Assembly: GCA_964016885.1 (NCBI GenBank)
Contig: OZ024743.1
Location: forward strand, 255,254,001-255,318,000
Source: Eledone cirrhosa
Taxonomy: Eukaryota
Length of the DNA: 64,000 nt
Direction: 5' to 3'
Below the pieces are notes generated by a model. That model did no database searches. It worked only from the letters and a program-made list of their open reading frames with translations, and had not been told where the DNA came from. The translations under genes and the position numbers were made by a program. This document shows positions 53,038 to 64,000 of the stretch, piece after piece (the stretch's first letter is position 1; each line of letters begins with the position of its first letter).

Positions 53038-56000
53038 GATGATGAGGATGATGATTGAATGAAATCTTGATGGCCACTCCCACCAAGAACGACCACAACA
53101 TATGATCATTCAGTTGTTTGATCCAATGAACAACTTCCTCATTTAAATGTAAATATAACCATACCATCTTTCTATTTATTTCAGCATACACACAGATTAT
53201 TTGCGTGTTTTCTTGTATTTTACTCTTTCATTTCAATTAAGTGATTTACTATACTAACTTCAAAAGACCATAAAAAACTTCAGGTTTCTGTCTATTTATT
53301 TCTATTTTGTTATTTATATTAACACACTTATGTTTACATACTTTATATATTTGTAAATGGTTATACGAAGGTCTGTTGGTCTCTCCTGTTGAGAACAACA
53401 CAATGATGAATGAGATTCCACTTGTTTGTACAACTGAATCACCTACTAATTAAATTAGCATGCAAAGTGGGTGAGTATTCCACAGGTGCATGTATACTTT
53501 TAATGGCAAGACAGATTTATTAGAGTGTATGTTAGAATATCTTGTGGGGTTTGTTAAAATTCTCTTCCCCCTGAGTTCTAATCCCACTGAAGCCAACTTC
53601 ATTTTTCATCCTTTTAGTGTCAATAAAACAACCTGCCAATCCCGGGTGATGGACTATCAGAATTATTAGTTTGTCAAATGAAATGCCTTGTGGTATCTGT
53701 TCCAGCACTTTACATTGTGGCTTCAAAAACTACGTAAGAATTCAAATTCCATAAATTGCTTTCGCTAATCACCTGACCATGGAACCACAATTGATTATGA
53801 AAGCTTTCATAATGTATGTCATGAAACTATATGCTAGTATTATTTTCCCAGTAACTCTCTTTATCATTCTCTTTCGTCATCATCATCATCATCATCTTCA
53901 GCATCATTATCAACATTATCATCATAATCGTCATCATCTTCTTCACCTACTTATTCCTAAGATGGTTATGGGAGCAGAATATTCAACCAAGCCTTCCAGA
54001 GAGTCCTGTCAAAAGCAGCTCTCTCTAAATGATCAAGCTGTATACCCTAGCAAGAGCAAAGGAACTTAAAGATGTTATACAAAAATCTTGCTCATTGTCC
54101 ATCTCTGGGTGTTCCCTGATCTCTGAGCTATGCATCCCATCAAGTATTGTAACTCCAACAACTTTTCAGAGGAATACCATTTTGGCTGCTTGTATTCATA
54201 ATCTTATGATATATATAAATAGACATTTTTCAGTACACATCCATCCCATGCTACATCATGCCATGCCATGTTATACTTTGCAAAACAATCTTTCTATTTT
54301 TCAATGCATATGGTTGTGTTTTCTTGATTTCATTGTTGTTGTTGATTCTCCTCCTCCTCCTCCTCCTCCTCCTCCTCCTCCTCAAGATAATCCTCAAATG
54401 CAATCAAGTTGATGCAGAGTGTGACAAGGCTGTAACTTTGAATTACAGATAGTGTTTAACTGATGAGATTCAATACTGTCTCCACATACTTAATTCCACT
54501 CACAAATCTTGAATTGACCCAAGGTTAAGCTAAAACATATGTCCTACATGTTATTCAATGACCTCATGTGTGTGGTGTGAATTTCTTAACCACTCAGCTA
54601 TGTCAGTGTCCATTTAAACATCTACGCACAAAACAATTGACAGATTTTTCTTCCTGCTTTTTTTTTTATTTTTACAAGATTGGACAGTGAATGAACAAAG
54701 TGTGTTTATAATCTTATGCCAAAGCATCTTATAGCCACAGGCATGGAAGAATGTTTAAGACGCTCTGGCTACTCAATTCCATTCTCAGGGTTTAGGTTGA
54801 TCTGAGACATTTGTCCAAGATACCACACTTTGTGATTGAACCCAGGACCTTATGCTTGAGACACGAACATTTTCAGCAATCAGTCATGCCTGCACCCATA
54901 TGAAAGTTCGTGCACATAACAACTGAGAAATTGTTTTTGTCATTGATGTTCTAAGATTAGATTTTGAATAAGAAAAGTTAGTATACAGTCTAACAACAAA
55001 CCATCTAGTATCAATGTAATAGTCATTTGAGTGTTTACTTTGATCAGTAATGTCTATCAACATGTAATTAAACCATATTGACTTCTTCATTGAAGTCAGA
55101 CACAGTATTATCCATACAGGTGTCGTGATATACCTTGGATTTACCAGAGGCATTAGTAGTAAAGTAAACTGGGAAGTGATTCTGTGTCAAACAAAAACTA
55201 AACCAAACCATAAGATTCTGTTTCCAGTGAACTTATAACCTACCACCACCAGCATCATCATCACCGTCATCATTCTATGGTTTATAGCTAGGTTGATGTT
55301 TGTTAAAGCATCTCTCAAATTACTATAGCTGAAGTTAAGATCATGACAAGAATCATATAGGTTAAAAAGACAAAATGTGTTCAATTACATTTACAAACGT
55401 AGACTGAATTAAATTGGATAAGGAAAGTTTTATGAAATAGTCTGATGTGGTTACGAAATTCACTTTTCAACCATGGAGCTTTTGGTTGGATGCCATAGTT
55501 TAGCACCTTCTACTATAGCTTTGGATAGAGCAATGCCTTATGAGTGACTTTGTTATATGGAAATTGTTGTGTAGACATACATGCAAACATGCAGCCATAC
55601 ATACATACACATATACATATGTATGACACAAGCTAAAACCACTTGGCACCATAGTGAGGATCTTACATATCTTTGTACCCACTCTCCATCTCCTCATACA
55701 TTGACTACTCCCATGATTAGTGGTCTCCTCGGTCTCAGCACTGCAGACTCACTCTATATATATAATCATCATTTAACAACTAATTTTCCATGTTTTCATG
55801 GGTTGGAAAGGCCACACCATGCTTTCACACACTCTGGTTTGGCATGGTTTCTATAGCTGAGGCCCTGCCTACTAACACAAACACATACATGATTTCTATA
55901 GTTGATGCCTGCCCATCTTATGAAACACACACACACATGGTTTCTACTAAAGGATGTTTTTCCTATCACCAATCACAAACAGACCCACCCATGATATTGA

Positions 56001-56393
56001 CAGCTTTTCTTAAACTCATCTATTTTTCTATTTCTTCTCAATAATAACTGAATAGAAAACAAACATTTCTAAGATAAGCTGTGTTAGTGCATTGGGGTAT
56101 TTATTCCAGTTCCTTTTGTTCTGAGTTCAAACACCACCATAGATACAGATACATGAATACATAAACGATGATAATGAAGATAAATAATTCTTGACTATTC
56201 CTGTATTTTGTTTTCTCCCCCTTCCCCTCATTGGATTACTCAATATAATCCTATCATTTATTTGATTGACAAATTAATTAACATATGTATGAGTGTTTAT
56301 ATATATAGTAATAATAATAAATTTGAAGACTAAAATCCAAAGAGGGCTCGATAAGGATAAATATATATCAAATATATAAGAACAGTAGAGCAA

Positions 56394-56508
56394 ATATTTA
56401 TTAAAATAACAGATTAAAGTTTAAGCAAAGAATCGCTTCAGAAGATCCCATTAAGGGTGAAAGCCGCCATTCTTTGCTTAAACTTTAATCTGTTATTTTA
56501 ATAAATAT
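56394..56508. repeat. Perfect 40-bp inverted repeat enclosing a hammerhead-like loop
   Basis: Arms 56394-56433/56469-56508 exact; loop cgcttcagaagatcccattaagggtgaaagccgcc; half copy at 9421-9490. Confidence 0.8.
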
Positions 56509-56900
56509 ATATATATATATATAGTTTAAATGGTAGTATGGACGAAACAAGAGAACAAAATAAATCCTTCATCAGCTGTAAACCGAGATCAAGATGTTTT
56601 GGCGTTTAATACAGGACATCTAAAAGCGATCAGCAACACACCCAAAGCGTTTTATCGATCAAAAGGCCAGGAGGGAAAGAAAAGTAAAAGGAAGAAGATA
56701 TATATATATATAGCTATATTTTGGGAGGGTAATATTGTTATAATATTGCCAGAAATAATAATAAAACACACTCACTGTTTGGTTTAGGATGGTTTTTGCT
56801 TCCGTATATTTTATATCCCTATAGCTAATTTACCTGGCAATCAATATTTATCCTTGATTGACCAACAGTTAAAAATATAGATATAAATATATATATAGTC

Positions 56901-56943
56901 TCTCAAAGTTCTTTCATCACACACCTGTGACATCATCAGTGGT
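56901..56943 (-). ncRNA. Hammerhead motif, same structural family as 34516-34558
   Basis: cca-CTGATGA-t-gtcaca-ggtg-tgtgat-GAAA-GAAC-TT-tgaga; weak stem I. Confidence 0.6.
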
Positions 56944-57125
56944 AATATTGTTTCCTCCCATTGTATTGTAATGACTTTTATTTATTTATCATTTTATTTG
57001 TTGATTTATTTATTTGCTTATATTTTATTTATATACATATATTTTTTATTTATGTATATACATATATGTATATACATATGTATATACATATATGTATAGA
57101 ATTCACAAGAATCAAAGCATTTATT

Positions 57126-57171
57126 CACTTACAATTGTTTCATCCAAACCTAGCTTGGTGTCTTCAGAGCA
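57126..57171 (-). ncRNA. Minimal hammerhead ribozyme (right-arm copy at ~58235-58273 has a damaged core)
   Basis: tgct-CTGAAGA-ca-ccaagc-tag-gtttgg-at-GAAA-CAATTG-TA-agtg; palindromic stem III ACAATTGT. Confidence 0.7.
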
Positions 57172-57704
57172 TTTTTCAATGTTTGTACATATAATTGACT
57201 TCCTAGAGTAGACTGTATTTACAGTAAACTTTGATATAAAAATATGGCACTTTGTATGGAAAATTCAATTATAGAACTATATAATAAAGAGTAATCAACT
57301 TCCTATAGATACCTTTAATACATTATGATGGAGTAGACTGTATTTAAAATTGAAAATTAGATATAAATATATAACCTTTTATATAAGGGACTCAATTGAG
57401 GCACCATATAATGTATGTTAGAACAATGAATTTAGTTATGAGAATCAGCTAGTTACCTCCCCTTATGCATTAACTCCCCTTAATTTACACACCTACTTCC
57501 GGGTAATAAACCACTGTAAATTCTTGCTGCAGAAAGAACCTATTCTATAAATATGGATTAAATAACACTGAGCCTCAATACGCTACAATAATTTAATACA
57601 TCCAACATTCAATACGGAATCATCGTAACTTATGTGATGGATGTAAAAATTATATCTTCCTTTTTCTTAACGTGAAAATGGTGGGGGATGCGAAAACTAT
57701 AACT

Positions 57705-57832
57705 TTCTTTTTATTTTTATTTTTATTTTTATTTTTCTTTTTATTTTTCTTTTTATTTTTCTTTTTATTTTTATTTTTATTTTTCTTTTTATTTTTATTT
57801 TTCTTTTTCTTTTTCTTTTTCTTTTTCTTTTT
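57705..57832. repeat. (TTTTTA)/(TTTTTC) hexamer repeat
   Basis: Direct reading. Confidence 0.9.
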
Positions 57833-58464
57833 CTGCACACATACTTTTTTGCTCTATACAAAAATGACCCTACCACTACAACCACCATAATACTCTTGCT
57901 TACCCGCTTAAAGTGCTTGCATTACATGTAACACCTTGCCACACAATCGTATATAAATGTGACACACTTGCATGCTCCATGTGTAACTAACGCATACACT
58001 ATCTACTAGATCTAACTATCAAACTATCCTCTTTCATTATCTGTGTTATCTGCCGAATGTATTTTAATTTTAATTGTAATTTTGATTTTGATTTTGAATT
58101 TGAATTTCTGTACAAATATAGTATAGTATTATATATGTCACTCCAGTGTACATCAATATATATATATATATGCATCTGTATGTCACCTGCGTTGGATAGG
58201 AAGTCAATTATATGTACAAACATTGAAAAATGCTCCAAAGAAGCCTAGGTTTGGATGAAACAATTGTAAGTGAATAAATGCTTTGAACATAGCTTTGATT
58301 CTTGTGAATTCTATATAACTGCTCTGTAGAACAACTGATGTTATTACATTGAGCTATTTATCTTACTGGTAATAAGGTAGTAATAAATTACTGACTTTCC
58401 CTGTTTATAGTTTAAAATATACATAACCATAAATAGTATCCTTAATATTACATATATGTATATA

Positions 58465-58930
58465 TCATCATCATCATCATCGTTTTTACGTCCATGATGG
58501 GTCTTTCTCAGCATGACATCTCTCCACTTGTCGCATTCCATTGTGATTTCCTCTGGTGGACTGGAGGTCCTCTCAACTTCTGCCTTTGACTTCCTTGGTT
58601 TTCTTCTATTGTGGCTTCCTTCCACTGGAATTTCCTAGCATTTCTTCACCCATTAGTCATTGTCCATACACATTACACGTTCATACCAATGCAGTCTTCT
58701 CTTCTGCATACCATCTCGGATTCCCCTTAAACCCAGCTTCTCTCTTAGCTCATACAAGCTCTGCCTTTCTCTCACATTTACATTGCAATCCAACAAAACA
58801 TGGTTGTTTCATTTCACTCTTGTCTATGCATGTCGCCTGTGGTCACAGCGCATGTTTCACTACCATGCAACATTGTGCATTGCACACAGGCATCATACAT
58901 ACAGTCCTCTCTCTGTATGTAGAGAGAAAC
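58465..58930 (-). mobile_element. RTE LINE 3' fragment (family B)
   Basis: Decayed match to 38405-38820; 5' junction at a TA tract. Confidence 0.8.
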
Positions 58931-59477
58931 CTTATATATATATATATATCATCATCATTATTTTACGTCTGCTTTTCCCTGCTTCTACAGGACTAGAACT
59001 GTTTCATTTGGTAAGCCGACTGTCCAAATATGTGATATTTATATCTTTTCTGGTGGTAGGACAGGGTGGTAATTGGGATGGGTGGAGGTCATTGGTTGAT
59101 GGGTATAAAGAAAAGGGAATTCTTTAAAAACTATATTTAGAATAACAAAGGCAGGAAGAATTCTATAGACAGGTTCAATCTGGGGTGCCACTCCTGATTT
59201 TTAAGGTTCACTTGAGCTATATATATGAGGAAGACACTGTCCATTTCAAACGATGAGTACTATAATGTTAAGCTGTTGAAATAATAATTTCATTCTGATT
59301 CATGGCTAAGACTTCTGACTGGGAATGTTGTCTTATAATTGACCTATGCATGTGCTCTAATTGGATTTGTTGAGCAAATTGCAAGCAAGGAGTCCAAAAT
59401 CATTCGCTATCGATCTAAACCCTTACTATTATATATATATATATATATATATATAATTATAGAAATAACTACTATAA

Positions 59478-59518
59478 GACTCGAATGGTTTCATTCATAA
59501 GAAATCATCAGTGGAGTC
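59478..59518 (-). ncRNA. Degenerate minimal hammerhead motif
   Basis: gactc-ca-CTGATGA-tttc-ttat-gaat-GAAA-CCAT-TC-gagtc, next to a TA tract. Confidence 0.5.
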
Positions 59519-59739
59519 TTTTTGTGAGTATGGGGATCTTTTTTTCCTCAAGGTATCTATGTCATGTTTGGAGATCATTTTTATTAATCAGTTGTTAAGG
59601 GCCCTGTAGGGGGGCTGAATTATAGGTGGATTCTTGATTTATATCAGTCGGTGACCACAGTTAATAAAAATACTCAATACATTAGTAATGTATAAGAATA
59701 TTTATTTTATTATGGAAATGACTTCTGCATGTGTGTATG

Positions 59740-59805
<66 letters not shown>

Positions 59806-60386
59806 AAGAGAGATAGATAGACACATACATACAGGCACATACTCATATACATATATAGATGCATATAAATATATCGATAGTTATATTAAATAGCTTTCAA
59901 ACATTCCAAACCCTCACTCTTCTTCAAACATTCTCTCTCCAGCCTCATTTGCCTTATTTCTCTCTCCCTCTCACTAGCCTCTCTCTATCAATCTCCCTTG
60001 TTCTCTCTTTCTGTCACCCACCAGTCTCTCATATCTCCTTGGAGTGCTCAATATTCCCTATCACCCTCATTTCAGTTGACAAAATAATCAATACCATAGA
60101 CAAATAGGTTGCCACAAGTTCACAGATCAATATCAATTTGCAATGTAATTTATTTAACCTCTGAGATGCACATACATATATATTTAATTATATATATAAA
60201 ATCTGTGACACACACACACACTTATATATATGTATGTGTGTAAGTATATATATATATAACTTCATGCGAGACATCAAAGATAACATTTCTCTCAGATAAA
60301 TGTGGGATAAACTCTCTACTTTAATATTCTTCTCCACTAAACAATATTTAGATTATATATATACATACTATACAGACAGGAGGAAT

Positions 60387-60465
<79 letters not shown>

Positions 60466-60670
60466 AAGATGTAGATGTCTGTTGAGCTGGATTGATATAT
60501 AATTTTATGCGCAAAGATGCAGTTACTCATGTGTGTTGTATATATGAATGAATATATGTGTATCTATGCATGTACATGTACGTATATATTTATAAATACA
60601 TATGTATATATACGCATATAAGTAAATATATATATGTATATATATATATACATATATATATATGTGTGTG

Positions 60671-60701
<31 letters not shown>

Positions 60702-60780
60702 GTGTATATATATATGTATATATATATGTCTATACGTATGTATATATATGTATGTCTATATGTCTGTATATATATGTATG

Positions 60781-60837
<57 letters not shown>

Positions 60838-60978
60838 GTGTATCTATATATATGTTTACATGTATATATGTATACATGTATACATGTATATATGTACACA
60901 TCTATATATATGTATATATGTATATATGTATATATATATATATCTATACATATGTATTTTTATGTATATATGTACATG

Positions 60979-61011
<33 letters not shown>

Positions 61012-61536
61012 GTATATATATATGTATATTTATATGTATATATATGTATGTATGTATATATATATATATATATATGTATTTATCTGTATATTTGTACATA
61101 TATATATATACATGTATGTATATATATATATATACACACACACATGCACACAAACACATGTATATGTATATGTATACTTGTGTGGATGGTAGTGTAATGG
61201 TGAGTGTTGGGCGACAAAGTTTTTCTTAAATACATTTCAAAGCAAACTATTGTACTTCCATCAGCTAATTGGTTAGATCTTGGAAATATAAGAACAACAA
61301 ACAGAGATATTTATGTGTACACACACACACTCATATTGATAAAGAAATATATATGCACATACTCACACATATCTGTATACATATATAATAGATATAGCAA
61401 ATAAAAACATGGGCGGGGGACTTCACCACCACCACCACCTGCAAAAATTACTACTATTACTGCTACTACTATTACATAAAACCCTTCATATTTCTTCTGA
61501 AGAGACAAATCTGATTTATGCGTATCTATATATGCA

Positions 61537-61594
<58 letters not shown>

Positions 61595-62155
61595 CGTACA
61601 TATATATATGTACGTTCATATATATGTATAATTCTAGAGAAAGCAGTGACAGTTCATTTATTTCTATAATATCTACCATTTTCAAGAAAATCTAATTCCT
61701 CAAACTGCTTTAATATACATTTATGACTCGTTTTCTGCCCAAAGATTTCCAAACAAACTTCTGGAAATTTCTCTCCTCAAAGGAAGTACCATTTTATTTC
61801 AAAGTCATGCTTCAATTCTTTAATTTATTGCTGCTTAAAAAGAAACTTTGTGTATTTAATTGATAGTTTGGGTTTGTATGTGTGTGTGTGTGTGTATGTG
61901 AGTGAATGTGTGCGTGTGTGAATATATGTGTGTGTTTGTGAATGTGTATGTGTATGTGAAGTGTTGTGTGTGCTTCTCTGTCTATGTAAATGTATACTGA
62001 TTCATATGTATGCATGTGTGTGTGAGTTCATGTGTTTATGTAGTTACATATATGTCTGTGTGTATGTGTGTATGCACAGAGTTTATAAATGCACTATTTT
62101 GTGTGCTTTTATTTATATTTCTGTACAATATTATATATATGTCAATATCTATTAT

Positions 62156-62187
<32 letters not shown>

Positions 62188-62191
<4 letters not shown>

Positions 62192-63050
62192 GTGGTATCA
62201 AAACGTTTCCGGACTAGTTCTGTAGCACGACAACTGATGGCAGCACACAGTTGCATGCACATTGAAAGCTAGTAGTGACCTTCCCGTGACAGTGTGGGGA
62301 GCGACATCGCTGAGTTGCAAAATTTGTTTTTGTGATCATGTGTATGCTGTAGCCTGCAATGTTGTCATGAACAGGAATTTGGAACAAAGAGCCAATGTGA
62401 AATTTTGCATTCAACTTGGGAAGTCTGCTACAGAAACATTGAGTATGCTTCAGCACGCTTACAACAATGAGGGTTGTACACAATGTTTTAAGTGGCATGA
62501 GTGCTTCAAAAGTAGAAGAACGTCCCTGGGAGATGATGAGCAATCTGGATAACCTGCCGTGAGCATCACCTCTGGAAATTTGTAGAAGATTATTCAGCTT
62601 AAGCATGAGGATCATTGGAGGACAATCAACGATATTGCTGATGTTGTTGGTCTGTTGTATGGGTCTGTGCAAGCAATCCTAATGACTGAATTGAACATGT
62701 GACACTTCACTGCACTGAGCAGAAAAACATTGCATTAGAGTCTGTCAAGATCTCTGTCAGCATGCCGCTGATTTCCCATCCTTCATGTTGAGGATCATCT
62801 CCAGTAAAGAGAGTTGGGTTCATGGGTATGACCCTGAGATGAAGCAGCAGTCAGCACAGTGGAACAGCCATTAATCTGCACAACCGAAGAAGGCATGACA
62901 GAGTGCAACGCAATCAAGAGCATGCTCAACGTTTCTTTCAACATCTGTGTCATTGTGATTCGAGAATTCATACCTCAGGGCCTGGCTGTCTATTGAGAGT
63001 TCTACTGCAAAGTTTAAAGGAGTTTGAGGGAGAATGTTTGGCGAAAAATC
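62188..63050 (+). mobile_element. Mariner transposon relic (left TIR + decayed transposase)
   Basis: TA-tgaggtggtatcaaaacgtttcc TIR; LEQRANVKFCIQLGKSATETLSML, FKWH..FK.....DD..SG*P, ESWVHGYDPEMKQQSAQW; no right TIR seen. Confidence 0.88.
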
Positions 63051-63085
63051 CAATTCTTCATGCTACATAGATCTGGTTGCTTTCA

Positions 63086-63450
63086 TCAAGACACCAATTT
63101 GAAAATAGAGTCCCAGATATATTTTCAGTACCAGAATGCATTGCAAAAAGAAAAAAAAATTACCCAAAGAGTCTTCACCAAGACATCAATTTGAAATGTT
63201 GTCCAAGATTTGCATATCTTCAGTACCAGAATAGTACATAACAAATTCCCTCAAAGTGTTTTTACCAAGACACCAATTTGAAATACTCTGCCTAATATAT
63301 CTTATAATACTGCATTCATTACACAAAGAATTCCCTTAAATATTTTCCCTGAAGACACCAATTTGAAATACAGAACAAGGTATTACTTCAGTTTTTCAAT
63401 TCATTGCATGAAGAATTCCCCAAAAGTGTTTCCCTCCCAAGACACCAATA
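63086..63450. repeat. ~87-bp minisatellite, 4+ diverged units
   Basis: caagacaccaatttgaaa recurs at ~63087, 63180, 63267, 63353 and 63438. Confidence 0.85.
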
Positions 63451-64000
63451 TAGTCCAGCCCTGTTTTAATCCCTCAATTCATTACACCTTTTAACACCTG
63501 TAATGTTGACAGGATAAAGTGTTTAAGAAGAAGAAGCAATAACAGAAATAGTAAATTAATTTTAAAATGAGATGACATGTCATGTTTTATTTTTTTAGAT
63601 TTTCACTAATTTCTTTCTTTCTTTCTCTCCTTTAATACAAATATATATCTACACAAACACACACACGTTCATGTGTGTTTGTGTTTATATATATATATAT
63701 ACACGATGTATATGTGTGAGTATATGTACACGCACACACACAGACATACACACATATATATATATATTTATAATATGCAAACATAAAACTGATGATGATA
63801 AATACATATATTATATTTGCATCGTATCTTTAATCAGGAGGGGATGATGGAATTGTTTTCTTCCCTTCCCTAAAGATTTTATCAATCAATAATTGTTATT
63901 GATCAGCTAGTGAAGAAGAGGTTGATAGAAACATGCCCAGAAGCTAAGGAAATTGCACATTTGTGATTATCAATCTTACACCTTGGATCAAATAAATAAC

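Larger units (their letters stand above)
57095..58315. mobile_element. Fold-back element with ~110-bp inverted arms (57095-57205/58197-58315); Penelope-like
   Basis: Reverse-complement arms each with a hammerhead; spacer carries the agttacctccctt motif also seen at ~10885 (-). Confidence 0.7.

Noticed and set aside
63086-63450. CRISPR-like repeat-spacer appearance
   Set aside because: Spacers resemble one another, there are no cas genes and the context is eukaryotic; it is a minisatellite

Overview
AT-rich, repeat-dominated eukaryotic DNA, intergenic or deep-intronic. The repeat repertoire suggests a coleoid cephalopod such as octopus, but that is my inference. No complete host gene is visible; there is one weak candidate exon near 5.9 kb. 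Most short ORFs in the track are microsatellite artefacts. Recognisable content: (1) a nearly full-length L1/Tx1-clade retrotransposon (41634-46840, minus) with intact ORF1, decayed ORF2 and an (AAT)5 target duplication; (2) many RTE LINE pieces, including a 552-aa RT ORF with an embedded PHD-like finger, plus short non-autonomous derivatives; (3) two tRNA-derived SINE families; (4) a hAT MITE with an 8-bp TSD, a mariner relic and tiny Tc1-type MITEs; (5) a 5'-truncated U6 snRNA pseudogene. The main hidden signal is about ten minimal type-I hammerhead ribozyme motifs from several unrelated sequence families. Most lie in tail-out inverted repeats (fold-backs) that look Penelope-derived, including a ~1.6-kb palindrome encoding a GIY-YIG endonuclease fragment on both arms. 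All structures were read by eye; no searches or folding programs were run.
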